Positions 36,921 to 47,367 of a stretch of DNA of 64,000 bases are shown here, in pieces (the stretch's first letter is position 1; the number at the start of each line of letters is the position of its first letter). The position numbers and the translations under genes were made by a program. Under the pieces are notes generated by a model. That model worked only from the letters and a program-made list of their open reading frames with translations. It did no database searches and had not been told where the DNA came from. This DNA comes from Planctomycetota bacterium (GTDB lineage Bacteria > Planctomycetota > UBA1135 > UBA2386): the NCBI GenBank assembly GCA_947501605.1, contig CANMWZ010000001.1:192001-256000 (forward strand), written 5' to 3'.

Positions 36921-37298
36921 TCACTTCCTCAAGATCTTCTTGTTAGCGACCGTCTTACGCGGTCCCTTCCGTGAACGAGAGTTGCTTCGCGTACGCTGGC
37001 CACGCACCGGCAGACTGCGACGATGCCGCAAGCCCCGGTAGCAGAAGATCTCCTTGAGCCGGTTGATGTTCTGCATCACCTGGCGGCGCAGGACACCTTC
37101 CACCGGCATGGACTTTTCGATGTGGTTGGCCAGAGCCGCGACCTCATCGTCCTTGAGATCCTTGGCTCGGGTCTCAGGGCGCAACGACAGTTCGGCTAGC
37201 ACCCGTTTTGCAGTGCGCGGGCCGATGCCATAAATGTACGTAAGCGCCACATCGATGCGCTTTTCGTTTGGGATGTCGACGCCGAGGAGACGTGGCAT
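36921..37298 (-). CDS. rpsM: 30S ribosomal protein S13
   Basis: LTYIYGIG, YRGLRHRRSLPVRGQRT. Confidence 0.98.
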   Translation of the reverse strand: MPRLLGVDIPNEKRIDVALTYIYGIGPRTAKRVLAELSLRPETRAKDLKDDEVAALANHIEKSMPVEGVLRRQVMQNINRLKEIFCYRGLRHRRSLPVRGQRTRSNSRSRKGPRKTVANKKILRK

Positions 37299-37313
37299 GT
37301 GCGGTACCTGTGG

Positions 37314-37430
37314 TTACTTGCCCTGCCGCTGCTTGTGGCGGGGATTCGTACAAATGATGCGAACGATACCGCGGCGGCGTACCACCTTGCAGTGCTCGCA
37401 GATGCGACGGACGCTGGTTCGGACCTTCAC
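37314..37430 (-). CDS. rpmJ: 50S ribosomal protein L36 (Zn-binding form; below ORF-track cutoff)
   Basis: Manual translation from [41 protein letters not shown]. Confidence 0.97.
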   Translation of the reverse strand: MKVRTSVRRICEHCKVVRRRGIVRIICTNPRHKQRQGK

Positions 37431-37498
37431 GGCGGCTTCTCGCGGTTGAGTCTATTGACGGGTTTCAGAAGTAAGGGGCTGGTTCGACGGCAGTGCGC

Positions 37499-37759
37499 TC
37501 ACGATCTGTGAGACGAAAGGCGCGCAACAATGCGCGCCTTGGTCCGGTCCAGCGGGGCGATCTCGATTCGGACTACATCGCCTGGCAGCAAGCGAGTCAG
37601 TCCCTTTCGAAGGTCCCCAGCCACATGGGCCGTCCGTTCTGTGCCGTCTGGCAAGCGCAGGCGGAACAAATCGTTCTGGAGCACTGCCGCAACTGTTGCC
37701 GTCGAAGGCATGTCGCGCTCAGGAGAGCCCTCGAACGTCTTGTCCGTGACTGCGGTCAT
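37499..37759 (-). CDS. infA: Translation initiation factor IF-1, divergent
   Basis: OB pattern LQNDLFRLRL..AHVAGDLR..RLLPGDVV.IE.APLD..KARI; canonical position; ATGA overlap with adk. Confidence 0.82.
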   Translation of the reverse strand: MTAVTDKTFEGSPERDMPSTATVAAVLQNDLFRLRLPDGTERTAHVAGDLRKGLTRLLPGDVVRIEIAPLDRTKARIVARLSSHRS

Positions 37760-38430
37760 TGCATCAGTTGAACCAACTCCTGGTAGATGACGTCTGGGGT
37801 TCGACTTGCGTCGATGATCCGCAGCAGATTCTTGTTTTGGTAGTAGGCTCGCAGGGGCTCCGTCAACTTGTGGAACTCCTGCAACCTTTTGTCGATCGCT
37901 TCAGGTCGATCATCCGCACGCTGCAGCAGAGCACCGCCGCAGGCATCGCAGGTATCGACTCGCTTGGTTGGCTTGGTGGCCACGTGCCAGATGGCGCCGC
38001 ACTGGTTGCAGTTGCGACGGCCTTCGAGCCTAGCTTTCAGCTCTGCATCCGAGATTTGGAAGTACACCACACGGGACAACTTGCGTTCCGCGGAGGCACC
38101 CAGCAGCCGGTCAAGAGCTTCAGCTTGAGGAAGTGTACGCGGAAACCCGTCCAGGATCCAGGCGGCAGTTGCATCTGGCTGAGCGATCCGCTCTTTCACC
38201 ATAGCGACGATCATGTCGTCCGGGACAAGCTTGCCACCGTCCATCAGACTCTTGGCCTGCTTACCTAGGTCGCTGCCCTGGTTGACGTGCGCCCGAAGCA
38301 TGTCGCCAGTCGAGATGTGCGCGACGTGACCTGCTGCTGCCAGGCGCTTCGCCTGCGTGCCCTTGCCCGCCCCGGGTCCACCGAGGAAAACTGCGCGCGC
38401 TCGCAAGGAGATTGAGGTCCCGGCACTCAT
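37756..38430 (-). CDS. adk: Adenylate kinase (Zn-LID type)
   Basis: GGPGAGKGTQA, HISTGDMLR, LDGFPRT, CNQC/CDAC; TGATG overlap with secY. Confidence 0.97.
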   Translation of the reverse strand: MSAGTSISLRARAVFLGGPGAGKGTQAKRLAAAGHVAHISTGDMLRAHVNQGSDLGKQAKSLMDGGKLVPDDMIVAMVKERIAQPDATAAWILDGFPRTLPQAEALDRLLGASAERKLSRVVYFQISDAELKARLEGRRNCNQCGAIWHVATKPTKRVDTCDACGGALLQRADDRPEAIDKRLQEFHKLTEPLRAYYQNKNLLRIIDASRTPDVIYQELVQLMQ

Positions 38431-39782
38431 CAGTCCGACCGACGCCCCCAACCGCCCGTGCTTGAGCCTTCGGCTCCGTCCTTCCCCATTGCGCTTTCAT
38501 AGTTGCGCATGGTCAACATGGCGCCGAGCTTTTCGACCATGTCCAGGGCAACACCCACGACAATCAGAATCGAAGTGCCGGACATGAAGTAGATCAGGAC
38601 CTGATCCAAACCGCCCGAGCCGCGTGCGCCGACGACGGACGGCAGGACAGCGATGATGGAAAGGAAGGTCGCACCAGCAAGGGTGATGCGAACCATTGTG
38701 TGCTCAAGGAACTCAGCGGTTGGCTTCCCTGGACGGATACCAGGAATCAGCGTGCCGTTTTCCTTGAGGTTGTTGGCGATGTCGTTCGGCTGGAACATCA
38801 TCGATGTCCAGAAGAACGAGAAGAAGTAGATCAGCGCCGTGTAGCTGACTACGAACCAGAATCCACGCTGGCTCGCGAAACTCTCCTCAAGTCCCGTCCA
38901 ACCCACCACCTGCGCAAACATCGTCGGAATCAGCATGAGAGCAGATCCGAAGACGATCGGCATCACGCCAGCCTGGTTGATCTTGAACGGAAGATAGTGC
39001 TTCTGTCCGCCATAGACCTGCCGACCACGAGTGTGCTTGGCTTGCTGGATCGGGATTCGACGCTGCGCCTTGGTCGTGAAAACTACCGCGATCACCGCGA
39101 CGAGCCACATGCCGAGGAACGTCAGAAGATTCTGCCATTCCAGCCGACCAAAGTTGTCACCACCCAGGTAGGCACCAAGCGACGGGTAGAGGTTGGATAC
39201 AATCCCCGACATGATGATCAGGGACATCCCGTTGCCGATGCCACGCTCTGTGATCTGCTCACCGATCCACATCACGAACATCGTGCCCGCGGTTAGGGCG
39301 AACATGATGACCAAGATGTAGAGGCCCCAGACCTGGTTGACCCCGTCCTGAAGCAGGTTGCTAGACCCACTCTTCAGCGTGCCGAAGATAACGAACCAAG
39401 CTTGAAAGATGCAGATGCCGACAGTCGCCAAGCGCGTGTACTGGTTGATCTTCTTCTGCCCAGAGGCTCCTTCCTTCGCCAGCTTTTCCAGCGATGGAAC
39501 GACCTTTGTCAACAGGCTGAAGATGATGCTCGCAGAGATGTAGGGCATCACGCCGAGACTGAAAAGCGTGGCCGTTTGCAGGCTGCCACCAGTCAGGACG
39601 TTCATCATCAAGAACAGCCTGTTCAGGCCATCCTGGCTCTGCAAGCTCTCCAAGAACTTGACAAGGTTCACACCCGGAAGCGGGATGAAGAACCCGACTC
39701 GGTACAGCACGAGCAACCCGAGAGTCAGCAGAATGCGACTCCGGATCTCCTTCACCTTGAACAGGGATGTCAGGTTGCTCAT
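38430..39782 (-). CDS. secY: Preprotein translocase SecY
   Basis: LGVMPYISASII, GIGNGMSLII, AGVMPIVF, IPGIRPG. Confidence 0.98.
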   Translation of the reverse strand: MSNLTSLFKVKEIRSRILLTLGLLVLYRVGFFIPLPGVNLVKFLESLQSQDGLNRLFLMMNVLTGGSLQTATLFSLGVMPYISASIIFSLLTKVVPSLEKLAKEGASGQKKINQYTRLATVGICIFQAWFVIFGTLKSGSSNLLQDGVNQVWGLYILVIMFALTAGTMFVMWIGEQITERGIGNGMSLIIMSGIVSNLYPSLGAYLGGDNFGRLEWQNLLTFLGMWLVAVIAVVFTTKAQRRIPIQQAKHTRGRQVYGGQKHYLPFKINQAGVMPIVFGSALMLIPTMFAQVVGWTGLEESFASQRGFWFVVSYTALIYFFSFFWTSMMFQPNDIANNLKENGTLIPGIRPGKPTAEFLEHTMVRITLAGATFLSIIAVLPSVVGARGSGGLDQVLIYFMSGTSILIVVGVALDMVEKLGAMLTMRNYESAMGKDGAEGSSTGGWGRRSD

Positions 39783-39815
39783 GGGTTGGTCGTCGTCGTT
39801 TCGAGTCGCAGGAGA

Positions 39816-40343
39816 TCAGCGGGCCGGCTTCTGAGACTTGGGGGTGCTTTTCGTTCCGTCCTTGCGGACAAACTTAGGACGCGCCACTCGACCGGCAATC
39901 AGCTCGACGCTGCCACCAGCCTGTTCGATCTTGGCACGAGCTGATGCGGTCACAGCATCAGCCTTCACCGTGAGCTTCCGCGTCAGGGCACCGTCGCCGA
40001 GCACCTTGAACAAGGTGCTCTGCTTCTCCTTCGATGTGATTCCCTTCTGAAGGATTGCCGCGAGATCGACGACCGAGTTGTTGTCGAAACCCTCGAGGTC
40101 CGACACGTTCACGACGGTGTAGACCTTCTTGAAGATCTTGTTGTTGAAACCGACCTTCGGCAACCGACGGAACAGCGGCATCTGGCCACCTTCCCAGCCA
40201 AGCCTGCGAGACCAACCAGAGCGCGACTTGGCACCCTTGTGCCCGCGGCCCGATGTCTTGCCTAGGCCAGAACCGATACCACGTCCAATGCGCTTGCGAT
40301 CCGGATACTTGAGGCCAAGGGCCTTTGCTTCGGCGAGGTTCAT
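39816..40343 (-). CDS. rplO: 50S ribosomal protein L15
   Basis: RIGRGIGSGLGKTSGRGHKG, EGGQMPL. Confidence 0.98.
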   Translation of the reverse strand: MNLAEAKALGLKYPDRKRIGRGIGSGLGKTSGRGHKGAKSRSGWSRRLGWEGGQMPLFRRLPKVGFNNKIFKKVYTVVNVSDLEGFDNNSVVDLAAILQKGITSKEKQSTLFKVLGDGALTRKLTVKADAVTASARAKIEQAGGSVELIAGRVARPKFVRKDGTKSTPKSQKPAR

Positions 40344-40852
40344 TCGATGCTTACTCCGCGAAGAGCCGCAACAGAGTCTTTGCTGCGCAGATTGCTCAGA
40401 GCTGCCATGGTTGCCTTCACAACGTTGAGCGCGTTGGTCGAGCCGTAGTTCTTGCTAAGGATGTCCGAGATACCAGCCAACTCGAGCACCTTGCGCACCG
40501 CCTTTCCAGCGATGATGCCCGTGCCAGGCGCGGCGGGAATCAACCGCACCCGCGAGGCGCCGAAGACACCCTCGGTCTGGTGCGGAATCGTCTTGCCGCT
40601 GCGGATGACTCGCATGATCTGTTTGCGAGCGTCCTTCACGGACTTTTCTACTGCGTTGGGGACTTCACGACCCTTGCCATAGCCGATCCCGACTAGGCCG
40701 TCCTTGTTGCCCACCACCGACAGCGCGCTAAACGAGAAGCGCCGTCCGCCCTTGACCACCGCCGCAGAACGGTTGATGGCCACGACGTCGTCCATGACGT
40801 CGGCGGAAAGTGCCTCGTCGATCGGGATGGTCGGATACTTTCTCTTCACCAT
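40340..40852 (-). CDS. rpsE: 30S ribosomal protein S5
   Basis: VVKGGRRFSFSA, PAAPGTGIIAG. Confidence 0.98.
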   Translation of the reverse strand: MVKRKYPTIPIDEALSADVMDDVVAINRSAAVVKGGRRFSFSALSVVGNKDGLVGIGYGKGREVPNAVEKSVKDARKQIMRVIRSGKTIPHQTEGVFGASRVRLIPAAPGTGIIAGKAVRKVLELAGISDILSKNYGSTNALNVVKATMAALSNLRSKDSVAALRGVSIE

Positions 40853-40904
40853 GACGGATTCTCGCCCTGTAGCAGATCAGGAGTCCTGACCTGCATTGGA
40901 AACC

Positions 40905-41270
40905 TCAGAACTCCAGCCCACCCTCACGCGCCGCGTCTGCGAGCGCCTTGATGCGACCGTGATAGCGGAATGCGCCGCGATCGAACGCTACCTTCGTGAC
41001 CCCGGCGGCCTTCGCCCGAGCTGCGAGCAAGGCCCCGACGTGCTTGGCAACGTCGGTCTTGCGAATGCTGGTTGCCCCGCCACGCACTTCCTTCTCTGTT
41101 GACGATGCGGAAGCCACTGTGTGGCCCTTTGAGTCGTCGATCAACTGACAGGAAATGTGCTTCAGACTGCGACAAACCGAAAGTCGAGGGCGATCGCTCT
41201 CGCGTCGGATGCGGCGACGTACGCTGTTGGCCTTGGCCTGACGGGCAGCGTGCTTCTTCATCGTGACCAT
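40905..41270 (-). CDS. rplR: 50S ribosomal protein L18
   Basis: [23 protein letters not shown]. Confidence 0.98.
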   Translation of the reverse strand: MVTMKKHAARQAKANSVRRRIRRESDRPRLSVCRSLKHISCQLIDDSKGHTVASASSTEKEVRGGATSIRKTDVAKHVGALLAARAKAAGVTKVAFDRGAFRYHGRIKALADAAREGGLEF

Positions 41271-41299
41271 GATTTGGAGACCTATGTTTGCTGCTGGCG

Positions 41300-41851
41300 T
41301 CAGCCCGCGCCGCCGGAGGCAAACGCCTTGCCGGACTTGCGACGGACGACCTCGTCACTGTATTTGATGCCCTTGCCTTTGTAGGGCTCCGGCTTGCGCA
41401 GCTTGCGAATCTGCGCTGCAACTTGACCGACCTGCTGTTTGTCAGGACCGGAAATCAGAATGGTCGTGGCATTCGGCACATCGACTTTCACCGTGGCCGG
41501 GATGTCGAACTTGGCAGGCCGATTGAAACCGATGCTCAGTTCCAGGCTCTTGCCAGTCATCACGACCTGATAGCCGACGCCGCTGATCTCGAGCTTCTTC
41601 TGGTAGCCCTTGGCTACGCCCTCAATCATGTTGGCGATCAACGCGCGCGTCGTTCCTTGGTACGATCGAGTGATTCGATCCTCGTCCTGGGCCGCGACCT
41701 TGAGCGTAGCGCCGTCAACCTGGACAGAGACCTCGGGACGCAGATGCAGATGAAGTTCACCCTTTGGCCCCTTCACAGAGAGTTGGCCAGGGGCACTGGT
41801 CACAGTGACTCCCTTAGGGACCTCGATAACTTGCTTGCCGATACGGGACAT
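41300..41851 (-). CDS. rplF: 50S ribosomal protein L6
   Basis: [21 protein letters not shown]. Confidence 0.98.
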   Translation of the reverse strand: MSRIGKQVIEVPKGVTVTSAPGQLSVKGPKGELHLHLRPEVSVQVDGATLKVAAQDEDRITRSYQGTTRALIANMIEGVAKGYQKKLEISGVGYQVVMTGKSLELSIGFNRPAKFDIPATVKVDVPNATTILISGPDKQQVGQVAAQIRKLRKPEPYKGKGIKYSDEVVRRKSGKAFASGGAG

Positions 41852-41861
41852 GGCGCCTCGA

Positions 41862-42257
41862 TCAGTCGACGGTGCAAAGGACCTCACCGCCCAAACGCCG
41901 CTGCCGGCATTCGCGATCGGAGAGGATTCCCTGATTGGTGGAAACGACGGCGATGCCTAGACCGCCACGAACCTTCGGAAGGTCGTCGACGCCGCGGTAG
42001 CGGCGGCAGCCAGGCTTGCTGAAGCGAGCAATCGTAGAGATCACTTGCTCACCTTCCGGTCCGTAGCGCAGGCGAACCTGAATCACGGAACGAGGTCCAT
42101 CGGCGGATACCGCATAGGAGTCGATGTATCCCTCGCGCTTTAGCACTTCGAGAATACCTACCTTAAGGCGGCTACCAGGAACTACACAGTTCGCCGCACG
42201 ACGTGAACCCGCATTGCGGATGCGCGTGAGCATGTCGGCGATCGGATCGGTCATCAT
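41862..42257 (-). CDS. rpsH: 30S ribosomal protein S8
   Basis: TDPIADMLTRIRNA, SKPG, GGEVLC. Confidence 0.98.
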   Translation of the reverse strand: MMTDPIADMLTRIRNAGSRRAANCVVPGSRLKVGILEVLKREGYIDSYAVSADGPRSVIQVRLRYGPEGEQVISTIARFSKPGCRRYRGVDDLPKVRGGLGIAVVSTNQGILSDRECRQRRLGGEVLCTVD

Positions 42258-42270
42258 GGCTGAAGTCCTC

Positions 42271-42456
42271 CTACCACGAAGCCTTGCGCACGCCGGGGAT
42301 CTCCCCCTGCAGCGCCAGAAGTCGGAAACAGCACCGGCAGATGCCGAACTTTCGATAGTACGCGCGAGCTCGCCCGCACAGCTGACAGCGGTTGTATCGC
42401 CGAGAAGAGAACTTCGGCTCCTGCTGCTGCTTCACTCTCAAGCACTTCTTTGCCAT
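42271..42456 (-). CDS. rpsN: 30S ribosomal protein S14 (short Zn-type)
   Basis: [27 protein letters not shown]. Confidence 0.97.
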   Translation of the reverse strand: MAKKCLRVKQQQEPKFSSRRYNRCQLCGRARAYYRKFGICRCCFRLLALQGEIPGVRKASW

Positions 42457-42458
42457 GA

Positions 42459-43019
42459 CTACTTCCTGAATGGCATGCCGAGGTTACTGAGCAGCGATTG
42501 GCCTTCCTTGTCGGTCGGCGCACTCGTCACGAATGTGATGTCCATACCTTGGACGAACTCGACTTTGTCGAGTTGAATCTCAGGAAAGACACTCTGCTCA
42601 GAAAGACCCATGGTGTAGTTACCGCGCCCATCAAGCTTGGTCGGCAGGCCGCGGAAGTCGCGGATGCGCGGGATGGCAAGCGTGATGAGACGGTCGATGA
42701 ATTCCCACATGCGATCGCCGCGCAGCGTAACTGCGACACCGATCGGATATCCCTCACGCAGTTTGAAGGTCGCCACAGACTGACGTGCCTTGCGGATGAG
42801 CGGCTTTTGACCGACGATCGCAGTCATGTCCTTGACGGCGGCTTCGATGCGAGCCTTGTTGTTGACGGCTTCGCCAACACCCATGTTGACCACGACCTTG
42901 ACAAGGCGCGGGACCATCATCGCGTTCGGGTAGTTGAATTCCTTGAACAGGGCCGGAACGACCTTGTCTCGGTACTTCAACTGCATCCGTGGCGGAGTCT
43001 TCTTGGCGGTAGCTGTCAC
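42459..43019 (-). CDS. rplE: 50S ribosomal protein L5
   Basis: [23 protein letters not shown]. Confidence 0.98.
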   Translation of the reverse strand: MTATAKKTPPRMQLKYRDKVVPALFKEFNYPNAMMVPRLVKVVVNMGVGEAVNNKARIEAAVKDMTAIVGQKPLIRKARQSVATFKLREGYPIGVAVTLRGDRMWEFIDRLITLAIPRIRDFRGLPTKLDGRGNYTMGLSEQSVFPEIQLDKVEFVQGMDITFVTSAPTDKEGQSLLSNLGMPFRK

Positions 43020-43061
43020 GACTTCCTCGATTTGCTGGCTTGGGTCACGAGCACACGGGGC

Positions 43062-43412
43062 TCAGTCGAACTTGGTTCCACATTTCACACCCACGCGCAC
43101 CGACTTTCCGTCGGCCCGCTGGTTGCGAACACGAGTGCCGCGCTTCAGCGACTCGCTGAAGAGCAACACCTTGCTAGAGGGGATTGGCATCTCAAGCTGG
43201 ACACGGCCACCCTTGGGGTTCTGTTGTGTCCGCTTCTGGTGCTTCCACCGAAGGTTGACACCCTGAACTACGATCTTGCCATCTTCCACGAGGACCTTCA
43301 GGACTTCCCGAGGCTCGTCAGACTTGTACTGGCCAGAAATCACGACAACCTTGTCGCCCTTGCGGACGTGCATGCGCACGCGCTTCTTGGTGTGGTCCTT
43401 GGCGAAGAGCAT
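43062..43412 (-). CDS. rplX: 50S ribosomal protein L24
   Basis: HVRKGDKVVVISG KOW motif; start is 43412 (TGATG overlap) or 43373. Confidence 0.96.
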   Translation of the reverse strand: MLFAKDHTKKRVRMHVRKGDKVVVISGQYKSDEPREVLKVLVEDGKIVVQGVNLRWKHQKRTQQNPKGGRVQLEMPIPSSKVLLFSESLKRGTRVRNQRADGKSVRVGVKCGTKFD

Positions 43413-43780
43413 CAGACAACCTCCTCAGCGAGCGAGACGATCTTCATGAAGTTTCGGTCGCGCAACTCGCGGGCAACGGCCCCGAAGATGCGTGTACCAC
43501 GAGGGTTGCCATCCTTGTCGATGACTACCATGGCATTGCGGTCGAAGCGGACGTAGGAGCCGTCCGCACGACGCACCTGCTTGGACGTGCGTACGATCAC
43601 ACCCTTGACCTTCTCGTGCTCCTTGACCTCTCCGGTCGGGAGCGCGCGCTTGACAACGGCAATGATGACATCGCCGAGGCTCGCGTAGCGGCGGCCGCTA
43701 CCTCCGAGCACTTTGATGCACATCGCTCGCTTTGCGCCGGTGTTATCGGCGACGTCGAGCATCGACAGTTCCTGGATCAT
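43412..43780 (-). CDS. rplN: 50S ribosomal protein L14
   Basis: [20 protein letters not shown]. Confidence 0.98.
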   Translation of the reverse strand: MIQELSMLDVADNTGAKRAMCIKVLGGSGRRYASLGDVIIAVVKRALPTGEVKEHEKVKGVIVRTSKQVRRADGSYVRFDRNAMVVIDKDGNPRGTRIFGAVARELRDRNFMKIVSLAEEVV

Positions 43781-43873
43781 TGCGTTGGCCTCGTGCTGCG
43801 TTCGGTCAGAGTGCTCTCTGCGGAGTCAGTTCGTTTCGACTTGCGAGTGGTTAGTGATCAGACCTGCTGTTGA

Positions 43874-44164
43874 TCAGATCTGTTCTGGCGCGCGTTGCAC
43901 CACGCGAACCAGGCGCCACCGCTTCAGGGCCGACAACGGCCGGGTTTGCATTACTTCAACGATGTCGCCGACGCGGCCCTCGTTGTTCTCGTCGTGCGCA
44001 TAGAGCTTGGTGGTCTTGCTGACGAACTTCTCGTAGAGCGGGTGACGAACCTTTCGTTGCACCACAACCACGAGTGTCTTCTGCATCTTGTTCGAAGTGA
44101 CTTGACCTCGAACAACCTTTCGCTGTCGGCGAACTTCGCCGGCTTTTTCCTGAGGGGCGCTCAT
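43874..44164 (-). CDS. rpsQ: 30S ribosomal protein S17
   Basis: [24 protein letters not shown]. Confidence 0.98.
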   Translation of the reverse strand: MSAPQEKAGEVRRQRKVVRGQVTSNKMQKTLVVVVQRKVRHPLYEKFVSKTTKLYAHDENNEGRVGDIVEVMQTRPLSALKRWRLVRVVQRAPEQI

Positions 44165-44382
44165 TCTTTGCCTCCGGCCTTGCCTGCAGTCTGATCGCGC
44201 TCACAGAGCACCGTCATGATGCGTGCGATAGTACGACGAATCTCGCGATGCCGCGACGTCCGGGCCACCTGCTCGGTGGCGCCGTGAAAGCGCAGCTGGA
44301 ACTTCTCTTTACGCAACTCTGCAAGCTTGCCTTGAAGCTCACGCGAATCGACACCACGGATCTCGCCAATGGCCTTGCTCAT
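44161..44382 (-). CDS. rpmC: 50S ribosomal protein L29
   Basis: [21 protein letters not shown]; between rplP and rpsQ. Confidence 0.95.
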   Translation of the reverse strand: MSKAIGEIRGVDSRELQGKLAELRKEKFQLRFHGATEQVARTSRHREIRRTIARIMTVLCERDQTAGKAGGKE

Positions 44383-44792
44383 TAGAGGTGCCTCCGCCGC
44401 ACAAGGCGGCATTTCATGGGCAGCTTGTGGGCGACGCGATTGAATGCACGCTTCGCCACGTCTTCCGTAACACCATCCAACTCGTAGAGGATGACGCCCG
44501 GCTTGATGACCGCTGCCCAGTAGTCCACGTCACCCTTACCGGTACCCATTCGGGTCTCAGCAGGCTTCTTGGTTACAGACTTGTGCGGGAACACGCGAAT
44601 CCACAGCTTGCCCTCAGGAGCATTGCGGGTTGCAGCAACGCGGCCAGCTTCGATGACACGCGCTGGCAACCAGCCTGGCTCAAGAGCCTGAAGTCCGTAC
44701 TCACCGAAGGCTACTTCGGTTCCGCGCGTAGCGATGCCGCGGATCTTTCCGCGCATCTGCTTGCGCCACTTGGTTCTCTTTGGCATCAACAT
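44382..44792 (-). CDS. rplP: 50S ribosomal protein L16
   Basis: [24 protein letters not shown]. Confidence 0.98.
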   Translation of the reverse strand: MLMPKRTKWRKQMRGKIRGIATRGTEVAFGEYGLQALEPGWLPARVIEAGRVAATRNAPEGKLWIRVFPHKSVTKKPAETRMGTGKGDVDYWAAVIKPGVILYELDGVTEDVAKRAFNRVAHKLPMKCRLVRRRHL

Positions 44793-44810
44793 GGTCGGAT
44801 CCTCGAGCTA

Positions 44811-45494
44811 TCAGCTGACCTTCTCTACGGCCGGACGAATCGCCAGCAGGCCATTGGTCGTCTCTCCTGGGCCATACTCACCCTTGAAGATCCAGACCTT
44901 GCAACCAATCGAACCTGACTTGGTCGCACAAATCGCGAAGCCGTAATCCAGCTGCGCGCGGAGCGTCGTGCAGGGTACACGGCCCTTGCGGATGCCACCA
45001 ACCCGAGCCATCTCCGAACCTTGCAGTCGACCTGCGACTCGGATCTTGATGCCCTTGGCGCCTGCGGCGATAGAGGTCTCGGCGACCTTCTTCAACGCAC
45101 GACGATAGTTGATGCGCTTGCCGAGCTGCTCAGCCACGCCTTCGGCAACCAAATTGGCCTCCAGCTCTGGCCGGTGCACCTCGATGATCTTCATGCGCAC
45201 GGGCTTGCCAGTGAGCTTCTCAAGATCCTCGCGGAACTTGTCGACCTTAGCGCCCTTCTTGCCGATCAGGATGCCCGGGCGCGCCGTGTGCAAGAACACA
45301 GTAACCAGTTCCCCGGTGCGCTCGATTTCAACCTTCGGGATTGCTGCGAAAGCCCATTCCTTGCGGATGAACCTTCGAATCTTCTGGTCCTCCAGAAGGA
45401 AGCGCGCGAAGTCCTTTTTGCTCGCATACCACCGCGAACGCCAAGGCTCGGTGATGGCAATACGGAATCCGGTCGGATGGGTCTTCTGTCCCAT
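44811..45494 (-). CDS. rpsC: 30S ribosomal protein S3
   Basis: MGQKTHP, ARPGILIGKKG, GRVP.TLRA. Confidence 0.98.
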   Translation of the reverse strand: MGQKTHPTGFRIAITEPWRSRWYASKKDFARFLLEDQKIRRFIRKEWAFAAIPKVEIERTGELVTVFLHTARPGILIGKKGAKVDKFREDLEKLTGKPVRMKIIEVHRPELEANLVAEGVAEQLGKRINYRRALKKVAETSIAAGAKGIKIRVAGRLQGSEMARVGGIRKGRVPCTTLRAQLDYGFAICATKSGSIGCKVWIFKGEYGPGETTNGLLAIRPAVEKVS

Positions 45495-45497
45495 GGC

Positions 45498-45890
45498 TTA
45501 CTCGTCTCCCCCGCCAGTGGCGGAGCCCGCAGCAGGGGCCGCTTCGGCATCCGCTACGTGAATGTGAATGTGACAGGTGCGCTTCTTGATCGGCATCGCA
45601 CGTCCCTGTGGTCCTGGACGCATTCGAAAGCCACCCTGCAAGAGCGGGCCATCTTGGGCAAAGGTCTTGCTTACGACCAAGCGGTTGGCGCGCACCGTTG
45701 GATTCTGCAGTGCGTTCGCAACTGCGGAGGCAAGGACCTTGTAGATATAGTGCGCCGCGCGATGGCGGTCGTGCCGAAGGTCGTCAAGCGCCTGGTTGAC
45801 GCTACGACCTCGGATCAGGGCGAGAATGCGACGGGCCTTGTAGGCACCCATTCGCGCTCCGCGGTGTACGGCTCGGGTTTCGAAGCTCAT
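45498..45890 (-). CDS. rplV: 50S ribosomal protein L22
   Basis: KARRI..IRG, SAVANA, PQGRA..KRTCHI. Confidence 0.96.
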   Translation of the reverse strand: MSFETRAVHRGARMGAYKARRILALIRGRSVNQALDDLRHDRHRAAHYIYKVLASAVANALQNPTVRANRLVVSKTFAQDGPLLQGGFRMRPGPQGRAMPIKKRTCHIHIHVADAEAAPAAGSATGGGDE

Positions 45891-45892
45891 GG

Positions 45893-46168
45893 TCACTCCG
45901 CTGATGCTTCCTTCTTGCTATGACCGCGGAACGTGCGCGTCGGGGCAAACTCGCCAAGGCGATGCCCGACCATGTCCTCGGTCACGTAAACCTTCAAGAA
46001 CACACGGCCATTGTGCACGTTGAAAGTGTGCCCGACGAACTCGGGGATGATGACTGTCGGACGCGACCAGGTCTGGATCGGATCCTTGGTGCCCTTCTTG
46101 TTCTGGGCCTCGACCTTTTTCATCAGCTTCTCGCTGATGTATGGGCCCTTCTTGATGCTGCGACTCAT
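45893..46168 (-). CDS. rpsS: 30S ribosomal protein S19
   Basis: [27 protein letters not shown]. Confidence 0.98.
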   Translation of the reverse strand: MSRSIKKGPYISEKLMKKVEAQNKKGTKDPIQTWSRPTVIIPEFVGHTFNVHNGRVFLKVYVTEDMVGHRLGEFAPTRTFRGHSKKEASAE

Positions 46169-46185
46169 GTCGTTGGATCTCCTGG

Positions 46186-47046
46186 TTACGACCCGCTGCC
46201 CACCGCGACGTGCTTGCCCGGCGGCCGGCGACGCAGAATGAACTGATTGCTGCGTGCCTTTCCACGCCGAGTCTTGCCGCCCTTGGCGAGCAAGCCCGTC
46301 GGAGAGCACGGATGGCGACCACCACCGCCGCGACCTTCACCGCCACCCATGGGGTGCGCGACTGGGTTCTGCGATGTTCCGCGGTTATGAGGACGGCGGC
46401 CCATGTGACGCACACGGCCAGCCTTACCCCAACGCACGTTCTGCCAGTCGCCGTTGCCGATGGATCCAATGGTCGCACGGCAGCGCACGTGGATCTTACG
46501 CATTTCGCCCGAGGGCATGATCACCGAGGCGTAATCGCCATCGCGAGCGAGCAGTTGGCAGGTGTTGCCAGCCGAGCGAGCGATCTGACCGCCCTTACCG
46601 GGTTGCATCTCCACATTGTGAATCTGGAGGCCCAACGGAATGGTCTCAAGTGGCATCGAGTTGCCCACATCCGGCTCGACCTTCTCACCGGACAGCACCT
46701 TCATGCCGACCTTCAGCCCCTTTGGAGCAAGAATGTAGCGCTTCTCCCCATCTGCATAGTGCAGAAGCGCAAGGTCTGCCGTTCGGTTCGGGTCATACTC
46801 GATCGCCGCCACGTTCGCCGGAACGCCATCCTTGTAGCGGAGGAAGTCGACCTTTCGGTAGATCTTGCGCGCGCCACCGCCGCGGAACCGCGACGTAATG
46901 TGCCCGTGAACGTTATGGCCCGTGTGATCCGAGATGCGGCTGGAGAGGGATTTCTCTCGGCGCTTACCCTTCGTCAGGTGCTTGAAATCAAGCACCGACG
47001 AGTTGCGGCGTCCTGCGGAGGTTGGCTGGTAGACCTTGACTGGCAC
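46186..47046 (-). CDS. rplB: 50S ribosomal protein L2
   Basis: [22 protein letters not shown]. Confidence 0.98.
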   Translation of the reverse strand: MPVKVYQPTSAGRRNSSVLDFKHLTKGKRREKSLSSRISDHTGHNVHGHITSRFRGGGARKIYRKVDFLRYKDGVPANVAAIEYDPNRTADLALLHYADGEKRYILAPKGLKVGMKVLSGEKVEPDVGNSMPLETIPLGLQIHNVEMQPGKGGQIARSAGNTCQLLARDGDYASVIMPSGEMRKIHVRCRATIGSIGNGDWQNVRWGKAGRVRHMGRRPHNRGTSQNPVAHPMGGGEGRGGGGRHPCSPTGLLAKGGKTRRGKARSNQFILRRRPPGKHVAVGSGS

Positions 47047-47076
47047 GGCTGTTTCCTGGGTATCTGGTTCCGCGGA

Positions 47077-47367
47077 TCAGACGGTCTCGAGCGAGTCGCC
47101 CTTTCGGAGCGTTACGATGGCCTTCTTCCAGGCACGCGTTTCGCCAGGTCGACCGAATGCTCGACGGCTCTTGCTCGGGGTATTCAGGATGTTGACCTTG
47201 ACCACCTTGACAGAGAACAGAGCCTCGATGGCCTTCTTGATCTCAGACTTGTTTGCGGTCGGGGCCACACGGAAGGAGTGCTGATTACGCAGACTCTGCA
47301 ACACCGTGGACTTCTCGGTCACGTGCGGACGACGCAGCAACTCGTAGAACTGGTTGATCTTGCTCAT
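47077..47367 (-). CDS. rplW: 50S ribosomal protein L23
   Basis: PHVTEKS, ANKSEIKKAIE, WKKAIVTL. Confidence 0.97.
   Translation of the reverse strand: MSKINQFYELLRRPHVTEKSTVLQSLRNQHSFRVAPTANKSEIKKAIEALFSVKVVKVNILNTPSKSRRAFGRPGETRAWKKAIVTLRKGDSLETV

Noticed and set aside
40340..40343. Absence of rpmD, and likewise map and rpmG at their usual sites
   Set aside because: These genes are frequently lost or relocated, unlike rplC
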